A stretch of 64,000 nt of DNA from a virus. Taxonomy: Duplodnaviria; Heunggongvirae; Uroviricota; Caudoviricetes. Positions 44,304-54,149 of this stretch are shown piece by piece. The position numbers were made by a program, and so were the translations under genes. The notes below the pieces were generated by a model. It ran no database searches. It was not told the origin of the DNA and saw only the letters and a list, made by a program, of their open reading frames with translations. Location: the IMG/VR virus record IMGVR_UViG_3300031994_000056. The stretch is one strand, 5' to 3'. Numbering within the stretch: the first letter of the stretch is position 1; every line of letters starts with the position of its first letter.

Positions 44304-44669
44304 ATGAATAAATTTGAAAAACAATTAAAAGAATTATTTCAGAATTTAAAAGGAGCATATAAATATATGACTCGTAAAGCAGGCTCTATATATAATATAT
44401 TCACAAGTAAAAGTGTAAGTTTTAATGATGCACTACGAGTTATGGATGATGAGATTCTCGTAGATATTAGAGATCTGCAAATGGTTAAAAATCAATTTGA
44501 TATAGCATTTGCAATGATAAGAATGATATTCAAATTAAATTTTAATATTGACTATGATTCTATAATGGAAGATTCTGTTATTAAATATTGTAAAGGTCAA
44601 ACAGATTTTATAGAATATTATGTTATGAAGAACGATAAACAGATTTGGAAAAAATATTATATAAAATAG
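44304..44669 (+). CDS. hypothetical protein
   Basis: 121 aa. Confidence 0.5.
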   Translation: MNKFEKQLKELFQNLKGAYKYMTRKAGSIYNIFTSKSVSFNDALRVMDDEILVDIRDLQMVKNQFDIAFAMIRMIFKLNFNIDYDSIMEDSVIKYCKGQTDFIEYYVMKNDKQIWKKYYIK

Positions 44670-44679
44670 GAGGTGCAAT

Positions 44680-45027
44680 ATGAGACAAGCTTATTATGAA
44701 CATAACAAAGAAAATACAATGCGTGTTAAGAAATTTGCGAATAAGTTAAAGAAAACATTGTATGGTATTTATATTCCTCATTCTGTATCTGGATGTCAAA
44801 CATCACCTTCAAGATATTTTCATTTGCTTAGTATGAAATATAAAGATAAGATTATTAGGATAAGTGATCACGAAAGTATCAATCCTTTTTACCATACTGC
44901 AAATGTATATAATGTAATTATAAGGAGTGATGTTACAGATGAATGGGTTGAAAATAAATTAATAGATATTAAAAATTGGTTAGATAAGGAGGAAGATGAT
45001 GAAAACAAAAGTATATCAGATAAATAA
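44680..45027 (+). CDS. hypothetical protein
   Basis: 115 aa. Confidence 0.5.
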   Translation: MRQAYYEHNKENTMRVKKFANKLKKTLYGIYIPHSVSGCQTSPSRYFHLLSMKYKDKIIRISDHESINPFYHTANVYNVIIRSDVTDEWVENKLIDIKNWLDKEEDDENKSISDK

Positions 45028-45736
45028 TAAGTTACAACTTATAATGGCATTATCTGAAATATCTAAAAATCCATATGAATATGCAGACTGTACTGTTGAA
45101 TTAGATAGAATTAAAATAGAATTGCTTGCAAAGATTTTATCTTATAGTAATGACTTTGTAAAATTTCATATTAAACATTCTGAAGAACTTATTAAATATA
45201 AAGCTGGTAAGAATTATGTAAGTAATCATATTAATTTAAATCTATTAGACTCTGGTTCTAATATGATATATAATCCTCCTCAAATAAAACAAGATGAGAT
45301 TAATAGACTTGTAGACTTTCTTGACTGGCAAGCGTCTACAGATAATCAATGGAACACTTTTAAAAGAGAATTTATTTGTGAGAAAGCTATTTATAAATAT
45401 ATAATTGAACCAGCATATGATAGAGATAAATTTAAAAAGTTATTTGCAAATAGAGTAACTACTTTAAGTAAAGCATCAGATTTTCCTTTTACTAATTCTG
45501 ATATATTGACTTGCAAAAATCATATAATATATATTAAATGCAAGAATATGTTTAATGCTTTAGATTTAATTCGAACTATAATTAACGATATATTAGATTA
45601 TGAGATACGTAAATATATATTATTGTTTGAAATTAATAAAGTTTTATATGTTCTATCAGAAGAACCTATTAAATCTATTAGCTACTATGATAATAGTACA
45701 TTGAAAATAAATGAAGATTTATATAAAATAATATAG
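44996..45736 (+). CDS. hypothetical protein
   Basis: 246 aa. Confidence 0.5.
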   Translation: MMKTKVYQINNKLQLIMALSEISKNPYEYADCTVELDRIKIELLAKILSYSNDFVKFHIKHSEELIKYKAGKNYVSNHINLNLLDSGSNMIYNPPQIKQDEINRLVDFLDWQASTDNQWNTFKREFICEKAIYKYIIEPAYDRDKFKKLFANRVTTLSKASDFPFTNSDILTCKNHIIYIKCKNMFNALDLIRTIINDILDYEIRKYILLFEINKVLYVLSEEPIKSISYYDNSTLKINEDLYKII

Positions 45737-45748
45737 GAGGTAAATGAA

Positions 45749-45979
45749 ATGTTTACATTATTTGACTCAACAATGTTTCAAATTTTAAGTCCGTTATTCT
45801 TTCTTGTAGGAGTTATGATTGTAATTTGTTTAATTCTAGTAGTGATATTTTCAGTTCTTATCTTTATTAAGAGATTGATATTTGGATTTGAAGATGAAAA
45901 CAATCAAGATGAAAGCAAGAAAGATAAGGATGCAGTTGTAGGTTTTGCATTAAAAAATAATAATATAAGGAGAGAATAA
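45749..45979 (+). CDS. small membrane protein
   Basis: 76 aa with one long TM helix. Confidence 0.45.
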   Translation: MFTLFDSTMFQILSPLFFLVGVMIVICLILVVIFSVLIFIKRLIFGFEDENNQDESKKDKDAVVGFALKNNNIRRE

Positions 45980-46855
45980 ATGAAAAAAATAATATTAGTA
46001 ATATTAATGTTGTCGTTGTTACCCATATTTACTTTTGCAAAGTTAATAGAAGAAAATATTGACTTTCGTTATAAGTATGATTGGATTTCTTTTTTAGGAA
46101 GAGGTACTCAAGAATATCATAAGAAAGGTAATTGGTCATATGGATATAAAGAATGGGATAACGGTGTAGATGGTCCTGGACACAAACATTTATTCATACC
46201 AAAAACACCAAAAGAATTTAAATGTCCTGCTTATTTAAACAATTATCCGTTAGCTAATCGAGATATAAATGTAAATAATGTTAGAGATAATATGTATAGT
46301 GAAGATGATGCAATAGAATTAATAAGATGTCAAAACGGATATGCGTTTGAAGAAGGTATTTTGTTTGGTGTTACTGCAAATAATAATTGGTTTGTTGTGA
46401 ATAATTGTGGTTATACACATACTAAAATGCCTGGTGATAGGCATGATAAGTTTAGACCTTTTACAGATGCAAAGGTTGGTATTATGAAAACAATTATGAT
46501 GCATTGCGAAAAGGAAAAAAGGAATCCAACATTGTCTGAGAAATATATTATGTTGTACCTTGACATGTGTGGAGACCAATTAAGTAGAGAATTAGACCAA
46601 GACTATCAACAATATTATGCAAAAGATTATAGAGCTACACAAAGAGCAAAAGAAGTTGGTCTTTGGATAGGTGGTCCAATTAAATTAGTTGGCTGGTGTT
46701 TGCTTGCATTGTTTGCATTTGTATTGCCAGGACTTATACTTGTAATGTTAAAATGTATATTTCCGAAAGGTTCTGTAGTTTACAATGCAGTATGTGCACT
46801 TGAAGTGTTGTTAGGTATATTTGTAATATCATATTGGTATGGCAGTAAAAGATAA
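45980..46855 (+). CDS. secreted/membrane protein (signal peptide plus C-terminal TM helices)
   Basis: N-terminal MKKIILVILMLSLLPIFTFA; hydrophobic C-terminus. Confidence 0.5.
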   Translation: MKKIILVILMLSLLPIFTFAKLIEENIDFRYKYDWISFLGRGTQEYHKKGNWSYGYKEWDNGVDGPGHKHLFIPKTPKEFKCPAYLNNYPLANRDINVNNVRDNMYSEDDAIELIRCQNGYAFEEGILFGVTANNNWFVVNNCGYTHTKMPGDRHDKFRPFTDAKVGIMKTIMMHCEKEKRNPTLSEKYIMLYLDMCGDQLSRELDQDYQQYYAKDYRATQRAKEVGLWIGGPIKLVGWCLLALFAFVLPGLILVMLKCIFPKGSVVYNAVCALEVLLGIFVISYWYGSKR

Positions 46856-46870
46856 TTGGGGGTAAATAAA

Positions 46871-47056
46871 ATGAAAGATGAAATCGTAGAATTATTAGAA
46901 GAAATAAAAAGTATCTGTATCGGAGCTGACTCACCAGATGCTTTAGAAAATGGAAAGAAAAATCCTAAAGATGAATTAGCGAAATGTAGAAAAGATATAT
47001 CTACAATATCTGATTTAGCAGAACAAATAGAAAACTTATTGGAGGAGGTGGAATAA
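46871..47056 (+). CDS. hypothetical small acidic protein
   Basis: Start moved to the ATG of MKDEIVELLEE... Confidence 0.4.
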   Translation: MKDEIVELLEEIKSICIGADSPDALENGKKNPKDELAKCRKDISTISDLAEQIENLLEEVE

Positions 47057-47057
47057 A

Positions 47058-47351
47058 ATGTTTGATTATGTATTATATGTAATAAAGTTCTTGACATTTG
47101 TTATTGGTATCGGGACTTACATTTTTCAATGGGCAAGTTTGATGTATGAAATTATAGAAGGAGAAGTTAAAAATAAAAAAGAAATTATATGGAAAGTTAT
47201 ACCTTTTGGTTTTCTAATACTCGTAGTTTGGAAGTGGCAAGAACTTAGCAAAAAAGAGTTTGTTTATGAAGCAGAAGTTGTAAATAAAGAAGAAGTAGGA
47301 GTTGTAAATACAGAAAAAAAGGAGGAAAGAAAATGTTTGAAAAATATATAG
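47058..47351 (+). CDS. small membrane protein
   Basis: 97 aa, two TM helices. Confidence 0.45.
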   Translation: MFDYVLYVIKFLTFVIGIGTYIFQWASLMYEIIEGEVKNKKEIIWKVIPFGFLILVVWKWQELSKKEFVYEAEVVNKEEVGVVNTEKKEERKCLKNI

Positions 47352-49177
47352 GACAAAATCACATTAAAGATTTACTTTCAAAGTTTATTACTTACAGTAA
47401 ATCTTCAACAGAACCTTTGCAACATATGTTAATTACTGGTTCTTCGGGTGCGGGTAAGACGACATTAGCAAATGCAATCGCAAAAGAACTTGGAGTTAAA
47501 TGTGTATCGTTACTTGCAACAAATGCATCTGAAGATGATTTGATAAAAGCAATCTGCAATTTGAGTGATAAAGATATCTTGTTCATAGATGAATGTTTAT
47601 CTGGTGATACAGAAGTTTTAACCGAAAACGGTTATATAAGATTAGATAAATTAACAACTGAAACTCGTGTAGCTCAATGGAATAATGGAGTTATCGAATT
47701 TGTTTATCCAGAAAGAATAGTTAAAAAATATGCAAAGAAAGTTTATGAATTGCCTATAAAAGACAATATGATATTGTATCAAACAGAACATCATAGAAAT
47801 CTTATATATGATAAACAGTCAAAAACAAATAAAGTAAAATACCCTTCACAGTTAACAAGTGCACATAGTGTTATTTGTTCTGGAAAGATAAAAGATAAAC
47901 ATAATAAGTTAACTTTATTAGAAAAATTAATTATTATGACACAAGCTGATGGGTCAGTTAATGATAAAAATGTCGCAGGTATTCCAGTTACATTTTCGAT
48001 TTCATTATCTAAGCAAAGAAAAATAAAGTATTTAAATTCATTAATAAAATTAGATATAAATAACTCTTTTAAAATACGTGAAGTAAAAGGTGCTAAAGCT
48101 CATGAGAATGTAAAATCAATGAAACGTTGGTTGTATAATTTACCTAAAACTTCAAAAGATTATAAACTATTATCTAATTGGTTTACTTTAACTGATTTTG
48201 ATTTATCTAAAGCAAATGAGTTTTTAAAGAATATATTTATTTGGGATTCTGCAGACTATGCTACTGGTAAAGTATATTGTACTACGGAAAAAGCTAATGC
48301 TGAATTTGTATATCAAGTAATGGTTCTCGCAGGTTATACACCATATATAAGTAAGCAAATTGATAAAAGAGGTTACAAAACACATTATAGAGTTTATATG
48401 CCAGATAAAACACGTAAATTATCTTTGCAGCATATACATGAAAAAAGAAAGCTTATTGATTGGAATGATTATATGTATTGTATAACAGTACCTTCTACAT
48501 TTTTTATAGTAAAAAAAGATGGATATACATTTGTAACAGGTAATTGTCATGCATTGAATAAGAAACTTATTGAGATATTGTTTCCAATAATAAGTGAACA
48601 TATATTATACACAAAGTATCAAGGAGTGATGACTAGGTTTAGAGTATCAAACTTTACTATCATTGGAGCAACAACTCATGAAGGTAAGTTACCGACTGCA
48701 TTCTTAAATAGATTTACAGTTACTTTAAATCTTAAACCTTATACTGAAAGTGAATTGTCTACAATGACAAAACTATATCTCGGACAATATAAAGCAGATG
48801 ATACTATGCTTAATGCAATTGTGAATATGTCTAAAGGAGTTCCAAGAATTATAACAAATATAGTTAATAGTGTGAAAGTTTATTTGAAAAGTTTAGGTAA
48901 GGATACATTAGAGCAGAAAGACTTAAAGATGATACAAATGTTTTTAGGTGTTAATGACATTGGTTTAAACAATGTTGACTTCGAAATATTAAAGTATCTC
49001 TGCAAAGTTAAAGCTGCATCGTTAAAAACTCTTGCAAGTGTATTGAGTATTGAAGCAATTAATATCGAGCAGATACATGAACCATACTTAATTAAACTTG
49101 GTTTCATTGAAAGATGTTCTGCAGGAAGAACAATTACAGATGCAGGAAGAAAATATTTAGTTGACAAACAAATTTAA
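47333..49177 (+). CDS. ruvB: RuvB-like Holliday-junction AAA+ ATPase interrupted by an intein
   Basis: Walker A GSSGAGKTTLANAIAKELG; Walker B ILFIDE then intein then CHAL (IHRL equivalent); GATTHEGKLPTAFLNRF and GVPRII sensor regions; C-terminal winged-helix-like tail matching the RuvB layout. Confidence 0.8.
   Translation: MFEKYIGQNHIKDLLSKFITYSKSSTEPLQHMLITGSSGAGKTTLANAIAKELGVKCVSLLATNASEDDLIKAICNLSDKDILFIDECLSGDTEVLTENGYIRLDKLTTETRVAQWNNGVIEFVYPERIVKKYAKKVYELPIKDNMILYQTEHHRNLIYDKQSKTNKVKYPSQLTSAHSVICSGKIKDKHNKLTLLEKLIIMTQADGSVNDKNVAGIPVTFSISLSKQRKIKYLNSLIKLDINNSFKIREVKGAKAHENVKSMKRWLYNLPKTSKDYKLLSNWFTLTDFDLSKANEFLKNIFIWDSADYATGKVYCTTEKANAEFVYQVMVLAGYTPYISKQIDKRGYKTHYRVYMPDKTRKLSLQHIHEKRKLIDWNDYMYCITVPSTFFIVKKDGYTFVTGNCHALNKKLIEILFPIISEHILYTKYQGVMTRFRVSNFTIIGATTHEGKLPTAFLNRFTVTLNLKPYTESELSTMTKLYLGQYKADDTMLNAIVNMSKGVPRIITNIVNSVKVYLKSLGKDTLEQKDLKMIQMFLGVNDIGLNNVDFEILKYLCKVKAASLKTLASVLSIEAINIEQIHEPYLIKLGFIERCSAGRTITDAGRKYLVDKQI
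47594..48544 (+). mobile_element. intein (317 aa) with a degenerate LAGLIDADG-like endonuclease region
   Basis: Block A CLSGDTEVLTENG immediately after Walker B; ends ...FVTGN with Cys at +1; LIIMTQADGS resembles a LAGLIDADG motif. Confidence 0.65.
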
Positions 49178-49194
49178 AATTTATATTATAGGGG

Positions 49195-49488
49195 ATGAAA
49201 ATGAAGAAATCATTAGAAGAACAAGTTAAAGAATTTAAAAATTTTTTAGATGTAAATTATTTCATTTATGATTATTGTACTTTAGATAATGATAAAGTAC
49301 ATAATTTTATAATTTACCCTAAAAATGACAAAACTAAATCATATAAAGTTATATTTGAAAATCAATATTGTATACGAATAATTATGTCATTTGATATGAA
49401 TAATTATGTTACAACTAATATATCACCATTACCTGGTATATATTTTACTTTAGAAAAAACTATAGCATTTTTTAGATTATTTTTATAA
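49195..49488 (+). CDS. hypothetical protein
   Basis: 97 aa. Confidence 0.45.
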   Translation: MKMKKSLEEQVKEFKNFLDVNYFIYDYCTLDNDKVHNFIIYPKNDKTKSYKVIFENQYCIRIIMSFDMNNYVTTNISPLPGIYFTLEKTIAFFRLFL

Positions 49489-49498
49489 GGAGGAGTAA

Positions 49499-49846
49499 AT
49501 GGATAAAATTAAATATAGTAGAGGTCAAAAAGTATTTGTAATAAGTTCAGAACCATATTATGGTACATGTGATATTTGTAAAGGTAAAAGAAAAATTGAA
49601 TTAAAAGGTAGACTATATACTTGTCCTGAATGTGATGGTAGTGGTAAGATGTATATAGACAATAGAAAATGGCGTATATTTGAAGGAACTATTAAAACTA
49701 TATATGTTAATGAAGCTGGTGCTATATTATATACTGTTTGTTCAAAATCAAATGGTAATTATATTGATTCAATAGATGAGGATGATATTTTTATAGATAA
49801 AAAATCAGCATTAGCAGTATGTAGAAAAAGAAAATTGGAGGATTAA
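49499..49846 (+). CDS. DnaJ-type zinc-finger (CxxCxGxG x2) small protein
   Basis: CDICKGKR ... CPECDGSG. Confidence 0.55.
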   Translation: MDKIKYSRGQKVFVISSEPYYGTCDICKGKRKIELKGRLYTCPECDGSGKMYIDNRKWRIFEGTIKTIYVNEAGAILYTVCSKSNGNYIDSIDEDDIFIDKKSALAVCRKRKLED

Positions 49847-49847
49847 T

Positions 49848-50858
49848 ATGTCTTTTTTAAAATCAATAAAAGATTTTTTTCAAGAAAAAAGTAGAGTATC
49901 TGCTTGTGCAAAGCACGATTTTTATAAAGAATTGTTGCTAGAAGCGATAAATGCTATAAATAAAAATGCAAATTTACAAGAAGATGAAATTGAGTTTTAC
50001 AAAAAAGTAGGAGAATATTGTATATCCCATCATCTATCTTTGGATAAAGAACGTGATATTATAGAAGCTATAGTTATGAATAGTTTTAATGTTCCTATAG
50101 TAGGGATATATTATTTAGATGGATGGTTTCAATCAGCAAGATACGACCAAGATAGATTTACAAGTGATTATATAACAATATATCAAAGATTTGCTAATCA
50201 AATATTACATACAAGAAATGCAAGAAAAGGAGAGTATATAGTTGTAATAGAAGAAAAACCTTTAGAATTAAAGAAACAAATTAGAGATTTTCAAGGACGT
50301 ATTCTTAGAGAAGCAGTAATTGCAATAGATTATTATGCAAGATTAATTAAAATAACAGATGACCACGAAGAAGATAATGCTAAAATAAGTCATGATTTTA
50401 ATCAAAGAGCTCATAAATATGCAATAAAAAATTCACCACCTATAATACTAAATAAGCCAAGTCAAGAAGCTATGGAACAATATAACCTTGCAAGACAGAC
50501 TTATATACAACGTTACGGAGATGGAAGAGAATATTTTAATAACGATGTTAAAGGTATAGTTATTGAAAGAAAGTATATAAAAACACTTGAAAATTTAAGT
50601 TTTATTCATTCGAAAATATTGCAACAAGAACAAGTGTATAATGTTGGAGATATTGCATACACAAGTTCAAATCGTAAAGTTAAAGTGTTGGAAAAAACAG
50701 AGAAAGGTTATTTAGTTAAAGATTTATTCAACGGTTTGGTTGGAGATGAAACAAGATTATATGATGTAATCAGTGCATACTTTACAGAATACTTTTCACA
50801 TAACAAAATAACTGCTACTTTAAAATGGAAGAAAGATAAAGAAAGGGGAGTAAAATAA
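49848..50858 (+). CDS. hypothetical protein
   Basis: 336 aa. Confidence 0.5.
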   Translation: MSFLKSIKDFFQEKSRVSACAKHDFYKELLLEAINAINKNANLQEDEIEFYKKVGEYCISHHLSLDKERDIIEAIVMNSFNVPIVGIYYLDGWFQSARYDQDRFTSDYITIYQRFANQILHTRNARKGEYIVVIEEKPLELKKQIRDFQGRILREAVIAIDYYARLIKITDDHEEDNAKISHDFNQRAHKYAIKNSPPIILNKPSQEAMEQYNLARQTYIQRYGDGREYFNNDVKGIVIERKYIKTLENLSFIHSKILQQEQVYNVGDIAYTSSNRKVKVLEKTEKGYLVKDLFNGLVGDETRLYDVISAYFTEYFSHNKITATLKWKKDKERGVK

Positions 50859-50859
50859 A

Positions 50860-51048
50860 ATGAATAAAAAATATTTTGCAGTAATAGTATATAAAATATG
50901 GAGTATGTCATGTTTTGGTAATGATGAAACAATTGAATATATTAAAATATTTGAAAAAGAAAAAGATGCAGAAGAATATAAAAATAAAAAAGAAAAAGAA
51001 GATAAGAATTCTTCAATTAAATGTGAAATTAAAAATGCTTATTTTTAA
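50860..51048 (+). CDS. hypothetical protein
   Basis: 62 aa. Confidence 0.4.
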   Translation: MNKKYFAVIVYKIWSMSCFGNDETIEYIKIFEKEKDAEEYKNKKEKEDKNSSIKCEIKNAYF

Positions 51049-51056
51049 ATAGGAGG

Positions 51057-51251
51057 ATGGCAATGAACGTTAAACAATTAATTAAAGAGTTACAAAAGTA
51101 TGACGGTAATACTAATGTAGAAATAGATATAGGTGAAATAAAAAATGAACCTATAAAATGTGTAAAGAAAACTATATACAATAGTAATACTATCAACGGT
51201 ATAGTAATAGAGCCTAGAAGATTCCGGGCGTTATGTTTAAAGAAACTATAG
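51057..51251 (+). CDS. hypothetical protein
   Basis: 64 aa; GGAGGA ribosome-binding site. Confidence 0.45.
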   Translation: MAMNVKQLIKELQKYDGNTNVEIDIGEIKNEPIKCVKKTIYNSNTINGIVIEPRRFRALCLKKL

Positions 51252-51261
51252 GAGTACACTA

Positions 51262-51552
51262 ATGAAAATTATAAATACTTATAAAGAGTTAATAAAGTGT
51301 ATTAAAAGATTAAACATTAATGCTTTGACAATATGGAATAATGGAAAACTAATTTTACTTGAATTACCTAAACCAAAGGATACAACATTTTGGTATGGTA
51401 AATGGTTAGGGTTTGATGAAGACGGAACGATTAGTTTAATAGAGAGTGATATGTTACATAATAAATCAGAAACTATATTAGCAACAGACAAATCCTATAG
51501 TACTATGTGGACTATGATTAAATGTTTGGCTTTTAACGAGGAGGGGATATAA
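51262..51552 (+). CDS. hypothetical protein
   Basis: 96 aa. Confidence 0.45.
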   Translation: MKIINTYKELIKCIKRLNINALTIWNNGKLILLELPKPKDTTFWYGKWLGFDEDGTISLIESDMLHNKSETILATDKSYSTMWTMIKCLAFNEEGI

Positions 51553-51740
51553 TGGAACCAAAACTACAATTACTATATAAATTTAAAGATCATAATAATA
51601 GTTGGCATGAACCTGGAGAAGTATGGGAAGTAAGTTATGCTGCTGGTGAAGGAACTGGATATATATACATACGTGATATTGGTGCATATAACCCTGCGGT
51701 AATTGCTTTAATTACAAGACGCTTAGACGGAGGAGTATAG
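51552..51740 (+). CDS. hypothetical protein, ends DGGV
   Basis: 62 aa. Confidence 0.45.
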   Translation: MEPKLQLLYKFKDHNNSWHEPGEVWEVSYAAGEGTGYIYIRDIGAYNPAVIALITRRLDGGV

Positions 51741-51970
51741 TGCATAAACTAAATCAAATTGTTGTACTTAAAGATAAAACTAAAGTAAAAGTAGAACCTA
51801 AAGCAGATAGTTTTCCATGCGCATATATTTGTTACTTTGGTAAACAAGAGTATCATTTAGGATTTAATTATACATGTAATGAAAACTTATTGTTTAAACA
51901 ATTAGATGGATGTAAAGCACCAAATGACTGTTGCTATACAGTACTTACAAAATTTAGAAGAGGAGTATAA
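51740..51970 (+). CDS. hypothetical Cys-containing protein, ends RRGV
   Basis: 76 aa; GTG start. Confidence 0.4.
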   Translation: MHKLNQIVVLKDKTKVKVEPKADSFPCAYICYFGKQEYHLGFNYTCNENLLFKQLDGCKAPNDCCYTVLTKFRRGV

Positions 51971-51971
51971 T

Positions 51972-52451
51972 ATGGAACAAGAAAATTTTAATTGGACTAT
52001 TATATTAAAAGATAAAGAATTACCAAAAAACTTTCAAGAGTTAATTGACTATTGCCATTCTAAAAATTGGATGTTTTCATATCCACCAACAGCAAGAACG
52101 TTAACTATTAGAGTTGCAAAAAAACAACAATTATTGTATGATTACACAAAACAAAAGTTAGAGATACAAGACTGTGGATTAGATGAAAACGGAACTGAAG
52201 TAGTAAAGAATCATGTAGAGTTTGAGAATATATCTACAGATCAAGTTTGTATTATTGCAGAAGGTTTTTTAGTACGAAAGTCTTCTATAGTTTTAATAAG
52301 ATTAAAAGAAGAGATAAGCTACTTTAAAAGAACAAAAGATGCATTAATAAACAAATATCATTTTGATACAGACGGAGATATAATTAGAATGTATAATGAA
52401 AATATTGCAGATAGAGAACAAAAATTAAAAGAATTAGGAGGTATACTATGA
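51972..52451 (+). CDS. hypothetical protein (start moved to the ATG after GAGGAG)
   Basis: MEQENFNWTIILKDK...; ends LGGIL. Confidence 0.45.
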   Translation: MEQENFNWTIILKDKELPKNFQELIDYCHSKNWMFSYPPTARTLTIRVAKKQQLLYDYTKQKLEIQDCGLDENGTEVVKNHVEFENISTDQVCIIAEGFLVRKSSIVLIRLKEEISYFKRTKDALINKYHFDTDGDIIRMYNENIADREQKLKELGGIL

Positions 52452-52696
52452 TAGAAATAAAACCTACAAAAAGAAGATATGATGGGTATAAATTAAATGA
52501 AGTTTATTTAAATGAAGAAGTTATCTCTAAAGGGTCTGATGTAATTGAATTAAGGATAAAAGATATACAGATAAAATTAGATATAACTCAAGACGGTTAT
52601 ATTAGAATATGGTCGGATAACGGTAAGTTTATTAATGATGGATATATGAATAGCCTAAGTTGTGATTTTAAATTGAAGGAGGAAAAAAAATGGTAA
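52448..52696 (+). CDS. hypothetical protein
   Basis: 82 aa. Confidence 0.45.
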   Translation: MIEIKPTKRRYDGYKLNEVYLNEEVISKGSDVIELRIKDIQIKLDITQDGYIRIWSDNGKFINDGYMNSLSCDFKLKEEKKW

Positions 52697-53064
52697 CAGG
52701 GATAGGTGGGATGGAAATAAAAACTAAGTATAGTATAAAGGATTTACTTTATATAATTGAAGAAGAAAAGTATGAAACAGAATGTGTATACTGTAATGGT
52801 ACAGGAGTAGTAAAGATTAAAGGAAAGAAATTTGATTGTCCTAATTGTGATGGTAAAGGTGAAACTGAAACTGCAGTTAAATGGATTGTAGGTGACGCAC
52901 AATATCCCGATAGAATTAGTATAGAAGTTGAGGAAGGTGAAAAGCCTAGAATAAGTTATGTATTTAAATGTGGAGATTTCCCACGTTACTATGATGAGAA
53001 CGATTGTTTTCCATCTAGAGCTAAAGCACAAGCTGAATGTAATAGGAGGAACAATGAGAAATAA
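52690..53064 (+). CDS. DnaJ-type zinc-finger (CxxCxGxG x2) small protein, paralog of 49499..49846
   Basis: CVYCNGTG ... CPNCDGKG. Confidence 0.55.
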   Translation: MVTGIGGMEIKTKYSIKDLLYIIEEEKYETECVYCNGTGVVKIKGKKFDCPNCDGKGETETAVKWIVGDAQYPDRISIEVEEGEKPRISYVFKCGDFPRYYDENDCFPSRAKAQAECNRRNNEK

Positions 53065-53239
53065 GATAATAGATGAAATAAATGAAGTAGATAGTAAGAT
53101 AACAGAAATAAGAAAGCAAATGGAAAACATAGCATATTCTTTAAAAATGAAAGAATATTGCATTGAAATTATAAGACTAATAGATATTAGATATTATTTA
53201 GTTGATAAATTAAAGGAGCAGGACAATGGAAAAATATAA
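53054..53239 (+). CDS. hypothetical protein (start moved to the ATG after TAGGAGG)
   Basis: MRNKIIDEINEVDSKITEIRKQ... Confidence 0.4.
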   Translation: MRNKIIDEINEVDSKITEIRKQMENIAYSLKMKEYCIEIIRLIDIRYYLVDKLKEQDNGKI

Positions 53240-53714
53240 TATAAATGATGAAGTTTATATAGTATATTGCGATAAAATAATTAAGTGTAAAGTAACAGAA
53301 ATAACTAAAAATATTAATGATATTAAATATAAATTATTAGGTGAAAATAAAGAAGAATATATAAATTCTGAATCTACTGTATATAAAAATACAGAGGAAG
53401 CAGATCATTATATAAAAGAATGTTTATATAATCGTAAAGTTAATATGATGGAATCTGAAATATCGAATTATCAAAAATGGGTATCTGAGTTAGATTTTGC
53501 TATAAAAAATCATGATAGATGTGAAACGATAATGAAAACTGTTTTATTATCAAATGAAACTAATGGTAATGATAAAGCTACTGTATTTGCTGTAAATAAT
53601 CAAGGTTCTAAAAAATTATTAGATTACATAAGAAGATACTTTAAAGAAGAACTTGATAGAAGAGAAAAAGAATTAGAAGAGTTTAAGGAGGAAAACAATG
53701 GAATTAAAAATTAA
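53226..53714 (+). CDS. hypothetical protein
   Basis: 162 aa. Confidence 0.5.
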   Translation: MEKYNINDEVYIVYCDKIIKCKVTEITKNINDIKYKLLGENKEEYINSESTVYKNTEEADHYIKECLYNRKVNMMESEISNYQKWVSELDFAIKNHDRCETIMKTVLLSNETNGNDKATVFAVNNQGSKKLLDYIRRYFKEELDRREKELEEFKEENNGIKN

Positions 53715-53886
53715 AATAAAACATTGTGAAGAATGTCCTTATGGTTATACATTAGATGATTATATTATAAGTGATAAAGAACCTTATTGTAGAGTAGAAG
53801 ATTTTAAATTAACTCATGTTGAATGTCCGAACATTAAAGACGGTAAAAGAATAAAACTTTTAAAAGAGGAAGATAATGGGAAATAA
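53698..53886 (+). CDS. small Cys-rich protein
   Basis: CEECPYG ... CRVEDFKLTHVECP. Confidence 0.45.
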   Translation: MELKIKIKHCEECPYGYTLDDYIISDKEPYCRVEDFKLTHVECPNIKDGKRIKLLKEEDNGK

Positions 53887-54052
53887 AATAATAGTTGAAT
53901 TTGATATAGAAGATTTGAAAAATATATGTAATAGTAGAGAAGCTAATATTATTAAATGTGATGGTTGTAAGCAGACAGATGAAAATTTAATTAGATGCAA
54001 TTTGTTTTGTAGTGATTATAAGATTAAAGAACAGAACAATGGAAATAATTAA
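53876..54052 (+). CDS. small Cys-rich protein (58 aa, absent from the ORF track)
   Basis: MGNKIIVEFD...CDGCKQTDENLIRCNLFC. Confidence 0.4.
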   Translation: MGNKIIVEFDIEDLKNICNSREANIIKCDGCKQTDENLIRCNLFCSDYKIKEQNNGNN

Positions 54053-54149
54053 ATTTATTTATAATAGTAAAGATAAGTGCAATATCTATATTAATTCTAT
54101 TATTAGCTTGTGTAATAATTAAAATAATAATAGTTTTTAGGAGATTAAA

